Positions 1-10,473 of a stretch of 63,403 nt of DNA are shown here, piece after piece. The notes under the pieces were generated by a model, which saw only the letters and a list, made by a program, of their open reading frames with translations, searched no databases and was not told the DNA's origin. Source of the stretch: Guillardia theta CCMP2712. Lineage: Eukaryota > Protista > Cryptophyta. Numbering within the stretch: the first letter of the stretch is position 1; each line of letters opens with the position of its first letter. The translations under genes were made by a program, and so were the position numbers. The stretch lies in assembly GCF_000315625.1 (NCBI RefSeq), contig NW_005434630.1, positions 496,001-559,403 of the forward strand. The letters run 5' to 3'.

Positions 1-2108
1 GGCTTCTTGTTCACAGTGAGTTGTGTCGATGGTGATTGTGACTCACAAGCGACTTCAGGAGTACATGCACGTTGCTGACTACCCCAACTTGTTTCGGATG
101 TGGATCGACGTGCGGAGGAAGCCGATCTTGGAGTCAAAGGTGGAAGCGTTCGGAACCATCGACATCTGGTCGCTGCCAGGGATGAAGTACATTCAGAACA
201 CCTACGTCACCGACCTCATCTACGACTTGTTCCCTATCAAGATTGACATCTCAGATCCCAACAAGTTCCACGACAAGTCGAAGGGAGCCGTTTCGAAAGA
301 CTTATTTGGGTACCTGAACACCAAGGATAACGATCAGCAGAGGTTGGATGTCATCGACTGCACCTCAGCTTATCTGATCTGTCTGTCAGGTTTGCGTTCC
401 TCAGCCTCGAGCTCATCAGGATTTCTCCTGTGAAGGATCAGTCAGAGAATTTCTTTCTCTGTGTCGTTTCTCACGGAGCTGTGGAGATTGATGACGAGAG
501 TCCTGAAGAGAATCAGCTGCAGTCGAACGCGAGTTACTTCTGCTGCAGCTCGACGCATTCAAGCAGGAAGGGCTGGTTGCTCAGGTCCATGCTGATGAAT
601 ATCCAAGATCCTTTCAAAGAGATGTTGAGGTTTCAAGTATATTCCTTGTCAGGATATCAGATCGCTTTCCATGGGAAACCAATATTCCAGACTAGCATGC
701 GCGTCAGTGAGTTTCTTGACAGACATGTAGTGCATCGGAACTTCATCAGACGGCACGTCGTCGTCGAGAGTGACGGCCTCTGCCTGGAGCTGACAGCAGA
801 AATACGCACTGATCTACAAGAGCGATCAGACCGCCAGGACATGCCCATGGCCGTGCCATGCAGCTCAGACAAGGATGATACCGACTGGCTCGTCGTCGTG
901 CTGGAAGACCTTCAGTTTGAGGAAGAGATGGACTTTAGCACGCTAGCATGTACCTTCCTAGTTGAAAATGCTTCTGGCTCTTGCATCGCTAAGATAGAAG
1001 ACGCCCAGTGGAATGGCGCGAAGGTAGTAGTCGCTTCATATTGATTTTCAACGTAACGACACAGAACTTTTATCAGAAAAATCCCTTCTTGATATCAATA
1101 CCATCAGACATCCGGTACCTCTGATGTTCCAGAGCTGCGATGCGATTGAGTGCACTGCCAGGACTTGTATGCTCAAGATCAACTTCAGTATAGACGAGAA
1201 GTACGTCCTGCAGGTGAGTTGCAGCAGCGTGCTGGTCCTCTCCCCACCTGAACTTCACTTCCTAGTGCGTCAAGTTGCTCAACGAGTGGAAGTCGCAGGG
1301 CGAGGACCACGTCATGAACATGTCGGAGCACCTTAACGTCGCTCACAACGTCAGCAGCAGCCCAAGGGTCCGCAACAAGTCTCGATGCGTCCTCCTCGGC
1401 CACCTCCTGTGGCACAGGTGCGCGGCTCAGCTGCGAGCCTCGGCTTGACGCCTGGGCAGGAGGATCCCTGGGGAAGCGAAGCCTTCCATCCTCATTCGGA
1501 ATCTCCGCGTTCTCCACCTGCCCTGGGAACGCGGGTTCCAGCCCCCGGACGCGCAATGGTGACCAAGTGGCTGGTCGTTGGCTGCTCCTGACGTCCTCGC
1601 AGCATCGTAGGGAGTTGCGTAAGATCAGAGTGCGGAGGGAGCGGAAACGCAGACGAGGGGGAGGGGAGACAGGGAGACTATGTCAGGAGCTCGCTCAAGC
1701 GACAGGAGCTGTGCGTTGATCAAGAGGTCGCTCTGCTCGGGTGGCTGACGGGGGTACAGGAGGCCGTCGTTCTCTGAGGAGTTCCGCTTCCAGCCCGAGC
1801 TGGGGCTGCTGGGCGAAGCGAGCGGAGGAGAGGTCTGCCTGCGGATAGAGATCTTGCAGATCGATACCGCCGGAGGAGAGAGAAAGGTAGGGACGATATG
1901 CAAGCCCCTCCGCAGCCTCTACGTCGAGAGCCTGGCCAGGGAGAAACCCGCGCGATTCTTGCAGGAGATGTCAAGGGGTCTGAGGCAGGAGGTAGTGGCG
2001 CACTGCAGTGAGGGGTTCACGGTGAACGGAGAGCCGTTCAGCTCAGCCGACTTTGACATTCACTTCCAAGGTATAGAAGATAGAGGAGACTTACGATGCC
2101 TAACATGA
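1..2108 (+). CDS. 3' part of a multi-exon hypothetical protein with C2-like beta-sandwich segments
   Basis: Successive + ORFs are joined by short GT-AG introns. The last exon reads FSEEFRFQPELG...CLRIEILQIDTAGGERKVGTICKPLRSL, a C2-like pattern, and stops at 2108. The start lies upstream of the window. Confidence 0.5.
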
Positions 2109-2228
2109 CCTTTACACTTCCACCAGGTGACTGGGCCCTGATTGTTCCAAGTGCTCTCGAGACATTCGTGAGAAAGCAAGAGCAATCTCTTCTCAGGACT
2201 TGATCGCATTGCACCCTCTTCCTCCTCC

Positions 2229-4715
2229 TCATGCTCGGATGTACGTGTGCTGCGCCGACTGCTTGTTAGGAGGGGAGGATGTGTTCTTTCTGGACGCCTC
2301 AAGGGTCGCAGCTCGTCTTAGCAGCTGGTTCGCATTGGTGTGATCCTTCCGCACTTCACGCAGGAAGTGTGCATACGCCAGCAAAGTGTCGAGCTGCTCA
2401 GGGTCGAGCTGGAAACGGTCAGCATTGCTGCAGGCAAGGCGGCGATGTTCACCTGCAAGGCTCTTCGGTAGAGCGTCTCAGCCTTGTCGTGGTTGCCGAT
2501 CTTGGTATGCAGCAACATGCCATAGTTGTGCAGCACGTCGACCTGGTCGGGATAGATTTCCAGCGCCCGTATGTAGTAGGACTCGGCGTCTGCGTATCGT
2601 CCCTGCAGGACCTTCCTTGTCAGACTTGGCCCAGCTGCACAGGGTACCTGACCTGCATCTGCCAGAGGGACGCGCAGTTGGTCAAGCTGTTGAGATTTCG
2701 TGGGTCTGCGTCAAGGGCACTGGAGAGGCAGGAGGGCAGCCAATCAGTCAGGCATCAGCAGGGAGGAGGAGGCATGGAATCACCGTTTGTACAACTGCTC
2801 AGCCAGTTGCAGGTCTCCCCGAACAGAGTGCATGTACAAGGCGTAGTTGCAGAGAGCTCCGGCATGCGTGGGATACATCCTGATCCCATGACTAGTCAGC
2901 AGTTGCTTCATGCCGAGAGAGAGGACCTCAGCAAGTCCTGATACTCTCTTTCAACTGTCTTCTTGTCGTAACCGCTTGTTTGCCATATCCATGCTCTCGC
3001 GACAAGGCTGTCCGCATGCTTGGGCTCAATTTCCAAAGCAATCTTGAGGAGCTGGTGCAAAAGATTCATTTAGAGGAGGAGCACGAGAGCCGCGTGCTCT
3101 TTGATCCTCTTACTTTCTTTGCCTTGTTTGCATCATGTCTTGTCGCATAAAGAAGTTCCGCATACCCACAAAGAGAGTCGACATGTCGCTTGTCGATCTG
3201 CAGAGCTCTCCTGTACATCCGCTCTGCGCGTGACGAGTCTCGCACAACATCTCGCAACAACTTGGCCAAGTTGCTCAATGTCTCCACTGCACTTGCAAGA
3301 GCACCAGGGGACAGAACGCTTCGTTTGGCCTGTCGCAAAGCACTCTCGTACATGATCTGCGCGTTGCGGAAATCTCCTTGGTCGTGCAGCAAGCGAGCAT
3401 ACGCGCCAAGAGCTTTAATGTGCGTTGGCTCCATCTGCGCGACAAAAGTCACAAGTCAACATCACTGCACATGAAGAACGTTGCTGACCTTCAGAGCCTG
3501 TTGGAAGAAGATCTCTGCGCTCTTCACGTCTCCCTTGTGCAGAGCTTGCTTCCCCTTGCTGCTCACGAGTGTCATCCTCAACGGCAGACAAGGACGAGCA
3601 GACCTGTAGTTCCCCTCGGCGTCGGGACAGGCTGAAGAGATAGCGTCTTTTAGCAGCTTCTCCTGCTTGTCGCTGAGCGCCTTGTGCTCTGTCAGCTTCA
3701 ACGTCTTGCTCGAGGCTTCGTTCCCGTCAGGCTCGTTGGGTTGATCTTTGCTAGGATGCTCTGTCGATGACGAGATGTGCTCGTTCCTCCTCTTCTGCGT
3801 TGCCGCTGCCTCTTTGTCGGTTGGCCTCTCCACAAACACGATCTGAGACGGCGATGAAGCACCGGCATTCGACGCTCTCATCCTTCCTTGGGTCAGCGAG
3901 TGGTTCGGGGTGGTTGGACGATCGTCCATTGGAGGCCGGTGTGACGTTTTGAATGCACCCGTTTCAGCCCCCTCCCCAGGCAGGTCGTGGTCCTCGGCCT
4001 CGGACTCCTCCATGTCTGGTTCGGACTCGTCGTCATAGAACGCGCTCTCATCTGAATCTTGCTGCATGCTCTCGACCTTTCCGTTCGCCCCCCGCACCTC
4101 TTTATCAGGTGTGCTCCTCGCATGCCCATTGCTGACACCTGTCACTGGGCCCGCTCCTCTCTTGATAAGATCCTTCTCTTCACTCCTGAGAGCTCTGCGC
4201 TGTGCTACCAGTCTCTTCACTAAGATGTCTTCATAGTCAGCCGTGCCCGACGACACCAACTGCCGGTACGCTTCAATACTTGAGGTGAAGACACGAAAAT
4301 GACAAGAACGTGAGCTGATGGAAGATTGAATGATTGTGAGACGAGAGCGTGGGTGTGAGGGAGATAATGAGGATTGCTACGAGACAACAAGCCCTGCAAT
4401 CCTACCTAGAATTCTAATAAACTCTACTACTACTACTCCAAGGAGAAGGAGGGTGGGAAACGGGGCGGTGAGGACGAGGGCGAGGGTTTTCACGAGGACG
4501 ACAATGCGCACAGGAACGAAGGAAGAAAGTGGAGCAAGGCCAAAGAACAGAACGAAGCGAAGAGGAGAAAGAGCAGATGATGGAGGAGGAGGTGTACAGG
4601 AGGGAGTGGAGGCGAGGAGGGAGGAGGGATGAGAGCATGGGGAGTAGAAACAAACCTCTTCCTCTTGCCTTCTCAGCTCTTGCTGCCGCCTCCTGTTCTC
4701 GATCAGATCCGTCAT
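2229..4715 (-). CDS. Tetratricopeptide-repeat protein with acidic, disordered N-terminus (multi-exon)
   Basis: TPR-like repeats such as AERMYRRALQIDKRHVDSLCGYAELL, AETLYRRALQ and LDPEQLDTLLAYAHFLREV. Stop TGA at 2229-2231. The start is uncertain (4715, or a micro-exon near 4850). Confidence 0.8.
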
Positions 4716-5019
4716 TGCTCACCAGCGCCCGCTCCCGCAATGGAACTGGTGGGCCCTGCAGTCGAAAGACTGAATATTTCATCTTTATTTATGTATCAAT
4801 GTTCAAATATTGCAAGCATATTTCAACTTTCCGTGAAAATAAGTCACCATAATCGCGAAGTCTTCGGCAGTTGTGATGCTTACTTTGACCCGCCTAAGGG
4901 TTGGGGGTGGCGTCAGGAGTTAAGTCAGAGGGGTACTTCTAGGGATAATCACCTTCAAAATGTAGGGTGGGGTAGTGTGAGCAAATGGGGTAGTGTAAGT
5001 AAAAAAGACTCCGACTGCA

Positions 5020-5330
5020 ATCAGTGCCGAGCATTGCAAGAACTTGGCCCGGGCCCGGCCGAGTGAGGACCGTACTAGAAAGGACTGCCATGATCGGACG
5101 GCGGGTTGCGGCACTGGCCGGGAGGAGGAGGAGGAGGAGGAGGAGGAGGAGGAGGAGGAGGAGGAGGAGGATGGTGGGAGCCTCACTCGGAGTCCTGTGT
5201 AGTACTGTGACACGGCGGCACTGCCCGGCGCCGGCAGACCGTTCACACAGCCTGGCCGCTGAGCGACTACCGAACGTGGGCCGCAAGCCTGATAGTGGAG
5301 AAAGAGGGACGCCGGAGCTGAGCCTCGGAT
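5020..5330. repeat. CCGG/GGCC-rich intergenic island with (GGA)n
   Basis: Words gggcccggccgagt, tgatcggac and ccggcgccgg, shared in style with 9850-10340 and 25000-25420. (GGA)n at about 5121-5170. Confidence 0.55.
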
Positions 5331-5372
5331 GTGAACATTTTTCAATGAGCAAAGAGTCAAGATACGATCCCC

Positions 5373-6918
5373 TCACGGTTGTGAGGCCTTCAGCCTGGTG
5401 CTGGTGATCCATTCCGCCATGTCCGACGGTCGATGCGACCCCTCGTGCTTCACGACCACCGGCCTGGTCACCATTGCGCAGTCAGAGACTCCCGTCAATC
5501 ACACTTAGATCAACTCACCCCGACGAACCCTTGAGCACCAGGAACAAGGAGGGGAACCCTGTGATGTGGAACTGCTCGGACATCGCCTCCGGGATCTTGT
5601 TCTGCCATCCATCCATCCTGGCGAGTCGCACGCCGATGCCCCGCTCCTTGACCTGCAGCATCAAGAAGCCAATGAGTGAAGAGGAGCAACAGGGTCACAA
5701 AACGCACGGTCTTGGCAAGCTCATTGAAGTCCGGGTCGAGGGACTGGCAGTGAGGGCACCATGGCGCGTAAACGTCGAGGAAGAAATCCTCACTGCTGTT
5801 CCAAACGACTTCCTCAAAGCTCTCCGACTTCACCTTGGAGAGCGTCACGACTTCTTTCTCAGTCTTCAAGCACAACTCACCAGGGCGATGCCAAGGTCTA
5901 GGGCTCGTTTCGAGGCATCAAAATCCCACAGGTAGCCTTTCCTGACCCTGTCCGACCTCCGCTCGAGGTCTCTGAACGATCCGGAATCCTTGGCAAGGTG
6001 CATCCCGCACTCCGTCTTGCCCTTGAACTGCTTCCACCTGCCCTCCCTCTCACTCTCTCCCTTCCCCGTGCGCTCTGTGGTGAAGATGTCGCCGATAGAC
6101 AGAAACCCATCGTCGTGCAGTGAGTTGTACGGCAAACCCCTTCCCTTGATGTAGCTCCAGACTCTCTCCATGTCCCAGTTTGCCAGGGGGTTAATCTTTA
6201 CCCTCCCGTCCGATCCATCGACCTCCACCAGCGGAATGTCCTTCCGCACTCCACCCTGCGACTTCCTTCTCCCCGTGATCCAGGCCTTCACGCCCAGGTC
6301 CTCCAAGGCTCTCCTGGTAGGCTCTACTTTGGTGAGGAACTCGAAGAGTTTGAGGTCGACTTTCCACAGCTTCTCCCCGAAAGCTTTCTCGAACATTGCT
6401 CGGCTCCCTTCCTTGCTCCTGTAAATCCTCAACTTCTCCTCAAGGCCGAAGTATTTGGTCGCGTCTTCAATGAGCGCGTACGTCTCTGGGAACAAGTAAT
6501 GAGTGTCAACGCTTACTATGCGTGTATGCTCGAGCAGCCCGAGTTCTCGCAGCATGTCAGTTATCACCAGGCCTTGCGGGCCGAAACTCGTGAACTGAAC
6601 CCATGAAGGTCCTGATGCCGTCGGCTTGAAGGTTGCGTTGGCCCATCTTAAGATCTCCACCGGCTGCTGCTCGACCGGAAGCTGTTCAATGCGCGAGCTG
6701 ATGTTCATAACCTGTGCATGTGCCAAACCAGACGATGCTGTGGACCTGAGCCCAAGCATAGAGAGAAGCCCGCTTCCTTGAGATTGAAGAATCTGCAAGG
6801 AGGAAGAAAGAGGGGATATAAAAACCACTGCGACAATGACGACAACGAATGGAACCGAGCACAGTACATTGCGCAATGGGAGCAAGGGATGCCTTGCACG
6901 CTCCTTTTCCTTGGCCAT
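5373..6918 (-). CDS. PAPS/APS reductase (CysH-like, Fe-S-free type) fused to a C-terminal PDI-like thioredoxin domain, with an N-terminal hydrophobic anchor
   Basis: Motifs TSFG, VDTHYLFPETY, TKVEP, WITGRRKSQGGVR, KINPLANW, SIGD, EREGRW and KTECGMH. Three short introns (about 5835-5881, 5654-5708, 5464-5518) join a Trx domain with YAPWCPHC...GFPSLF. Stop at 5373-5375. Confidence 0.9.
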
Positions 6919-7479
6919 ATTAGAAGATGATTTGTTCCAGGAGACGCGATTATGACTTGTCTTTGCGCGGCTCAGAGGTCTGGACCCTCAGACCGAGAAA
7001 GGTGACGGGAATCAAACTCTACCGGAGCAGGCGGAGGTCTGAGAAGGCTTGATGGACACCTTAGAGATCGAGCGCAAGCACGAGAGGGGAGGGCAGAGGG
7101 ATGGCTTGCGCTTGAGGACGAGGGGGCGGAGGTCTCAAGGGCACCGACAGCGTGGAAGGTATCACGCAATGGGGGCGTGGACTTCGGTAGCCTCACCACG
7201 ATCCCGCACTATTGTGAGTTGCTGCCTCTCGATATGATTTAAGTGTCAATCTGAGGCAGACTCGATACTACCAGCTTGTTGCAGAAATGTCCGTTGTCGT
7301 CGTTGTAACGACGATGCACCTCGAAAATAACGGTCGCATCTTCATCCAGTAACGCCGCAACAGGAAGACTCCAGCTGGCCCGGCCCATAGCCGCCCCACG
7401 TTTCTGCGCCGTTATTTTTTTTTGGTTATAATTATATATAAACCATTTTAAAGACGGCAGAAACTTGATCAGACCACCC

Positions 7480-8760
7480 CCATGACACCCAGTCCAAGCA
7501 GGGGTACACTTCAGTCATCTCCCCTCTCAAATTTTACTCAAAACCGTATCAGTGCGAACAAAGTTAATCGTGCGGGCGGACCCCACCACCTCATTGGCAG
7601 TTGTTCTGGGGGTCATCAACGTACTTCTGTAGTAAACTCCCCCTTTTTGTTCTTTACATTCGATTTGTAAAGAGCAGACCCACCCTCCGGAACAAAACGC
7701 TGTCGTGATTTTATCCACCCCATCACCCCCCATATTCCTTCTCAAAGAGGGGGTTGTACCCATATGTTTCCGTGTTGACTTCTGACCACCAGTCCACAAA
7801 GGCCTGCTCTGTACCGAAGATGCTACCCCTATTTACCTGCTAAATACCCCCTCTTTTGACTGTAAAGACCCCCACCCTCCCAATAATGTTAAGAGAAGAA
7901 GGGAGTTGTTTCGATCACCCTTGAGTTCTCCCACCACCACCCTCATGCTTTCATTTTCTTCGTGTATCCCTCAATGGAATTTCTCACAGCTCGTACCCTA
8001 GGCTTCTAGAAACCCCTCTCTTTGGTACTTCCACTGTCACTGGGCCCAAATATGTTTGGAATGACTACCCCCGCTGTCCCCCTATCGTTTCCTCCCAGAA
8101 TATCAACTTCTTTGATGCTACCCCCGGATTCTACCGAGTCAGAGTCCATGGTACAATCGCAGGTAATCCTCCCGTCGAGTAAGTACCCCCTACCCCTTAT
8201 TTTAGAAGGCATTCGTTCACCGCCTACCCCTCGTTCCTAAGCTGTAATTTACTATAGTATCACCTCGAAGTATTTTACATGACCGATGGGCAGTCGGTTT
8301 ATCCCACGTCGTGTTCACGTCCTACCGTACGATCTGAGCAGGGTACCCGTCCTATTCCTTTACTACCCTCTTTTGATCCCTTGTTATTTACAGCCCACCG
8401 GTCCCCCACGGATGGCTTTCCTACCCCACCCCCTCCAATAGGTCCATCTGCAAAAATCAACCATGACTCGCGTTCTTTCCACCCCACCCCCATTTCATGT
8501 TTCATCACACAGCCACCCCTCTGGTCCAAAAAAAATACAGTTTGAACAATCGCCGGGGTAGTATATTCACCCACTTGTCTTTGTTGAGGTCTTTGAGAGG
8601 AGTGGGGTATAGATACTATTTCTTTCAAGTGATACTGTATTGAATTATCTGATCCCACCAGCATATTTGAACAAGCATATAGCTCACACTCAAATACTAC
8701 CCTACCTATCAAAGGATACCAACCCACCTGTTCTTGACGATCCGCCACTACCCACCCTAC
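7480..8760. promoter_or_regulatory. Long TACCC/GGGTA-rich divergent intergenic tract
   Basis: Dense taccc, acccc and gggta words with no credible ORF. Lies between the divergent starts at 6918(-) and 9030(+). Confidence 0.45.
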
Positions 8761-9029
8761 CATGCTCAACTTACGAGACAACCCAAGCACATCCCATCCG
8801 AGCCCCGCGCCACCTGATCCTTCCATCTCTTGCCATATTGCTTGAAGTGAACAAGACAGCGACCGGACAGAAGTTGTTTGTCCTGAATACTTTGGTTCGA
8901 ACCTTCCACACAGTCCACAGACGCTATTGCCATCAAGAAACTTCTGACGAATATCTAGTAGTGTCCTTGCTGCTTGCATTCTTGTTTTGATCAAACTCGC
9001 CTCTTCAGGAAAGGTAGTGGTCAGTCGAA

Positions 9030-9833
9030 ATGTTGTCAAGAGAAGAAAGAGAGGCCTTGCAGAAAGTCGAGGAGTGGATGGCAAAATCGCAGGCGCCTGA
9101 GGAGGTTGAGGATGAAACAGAAACCAAGCCTCGCTCGAGGCTGAGGCGAAGCATGTCTGTAGATAAAACTAGCGAACTAGTTAACAACGATGAGACTCTG
9201 GCTAGGAGGCAGAAGTTGCGCAACAAGCTGAACTCTATGGGAGGAAGCTTCAACAGCAAGATGGGAGGAAGCTTCAACAGCAAGAGAGGCTCTCTGAACA
9301 TGTCAAGATCACCCATGGCAGGAATCATTGAGCGCACTCAGAGTCATTCAACCAACCGTGAGGATACGGGGAGAGGTCTCACGGGAGGCTACAAGTCTCA
9401 GCAGAACCATGATGTATCCTCTCCTCTTGAGAGATTTACGGCCGGGCTCATTGGCACAGCGCTGGATTGGACCAACACGAACTCTCCAAAGAGCGAAGGG
9501 ATGTCGAGAAGCAACAGCATCCAAGACGGACTTACAGGGCTGTTCTCGTTCTTCACCAACCCGAAGGAGAGCAATGAAGCTTCCGATTCTAATGCGAATG
9601 CACAACAAGGAAATACCAGCGACTCCAGTGAACCAGAGCAATCAGATCATTTCGACCCCCCCAACTCTGGTGATTCTTCCAGAAATTTTCGCGGTTGGGA
9701 GGAGAAGGCCAGATTGGCGTCTGAGAAGGCGAAGGAGGCGAAGGCTGCTGCTGGTACAGCACGCGACAACTTTGTGAAACGCCGAGCTTCGACAAGCGAC
9801 TTGATGTTGCTGGACAGAAGCATTACGATGTAA
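9030..9833 (+). CDS. Hypothetical low-complexity protein (267 aa)
   Basis: Uninterrupted ORF with gene-like composition and an internal MGGSFNSK duplication. No domain recognised. Confidence 0.7.
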   Translation: MLSREEREALQKVEEWMAKSQAPEEVEDETETKPRSRLRRSMSVDKTSELVNNDETLARRQKLRNKLNSMGGSFNSKMGGSFNSKRGSLNMSRSPMAGIIERTQSHSTNREDTGRGLTGGYKSQQNHDVSSPLERFTAGLIGTALDWTNTNSPKSEGMSRSNSIQDGLTGLFSFFTNPKESNEASDSNANAQQGNTSDSSEPEQSDHFDPPNSGDSSRNFRGWEEKARLASEKAKEAKAAAGTARDNFVKRRASTSDLMLLDRSITM

Positions 9834-9849
9834 ATGATAAAATGTTTCA

Positions 9850-10185
9850 ACCGGATCTCCGGCCCGGCTCCTCTCTGTATCGATGTTTTGGCCGCATTCC
9901 TTCCCACCGTGCACGACAGTGATCGGATCGGACCGGGGCCGCCCCGGGCCATTCCCCTGCGCCCGGGGTCACCATGCCGCAGGTCGGACCGTACGCACAA
10001 TGATCCGTGACGGTCCGATCGGACGTGACGGTCGGGTCGGGCCGGGGGCCGGGCCGGCCCGGGCGCGGCCCCGGCGGCCCGGCGTGACTCGCCATCATCA
10101 TCGGACCGGACACCGGGCCGGATCATAATCGGACTCACCGTAGTGGCCATTCCGGTATGCGTCTCACTGAGTCATCACTTCCAAG
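9850..10185. repeat. CCGG/GATC palindrome-rich island
   Basis: Many short palindromes, for example the perfect gtccgatcggac at 10013-10024, plus cgtacg and cccggg. Confidence 0.55.
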
Positions 10186-10365
10186 TTTACTCAAAGTGAA
10201 GTGAAAAATCAGTACGAGGACAATCAGGAGAGTCGAGGAGGCTTGACCCGTCTCATCATTCCTTCGGCGGCGGCCACAGCGACATCGCTGCGGCATGGCG
10301 CGGGGGCCGCCCGGCCGGGCCCGGGGAGTGGTCCTCGTACTGATCTTTACTTAACTTTGAGTAAA
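10186..10365. mobile_element. MITE-like element with ~36-bp imperfect terminal inverted repeats
   Basis: Left arm tttactcaaagtgaagtgaaaaatcagtacgaggac (10186-10221). The reverse complement of the right arm (10331-10365) is tttactcaaagttaagtaaagatcagtacgaggac. No clear TSD. Confidence 0.5.
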
Positions 10366-10473
10366 AAAGGATAGTAAAACATTGAGTGCCGCCCGGGTTG
10401 TCAAATGGCGAGAACATGCGGAAAAGCTCTGATTGTGGCAGGAGACGACGACGACGACGACGACGACGACGTT

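Noticed and set aside
8299-9084. 261-aa minus-strand ORF
   Set aside because: It crosses low-complexity promoter-like DNA, has no domain, and overlaps the start of a better + gene.
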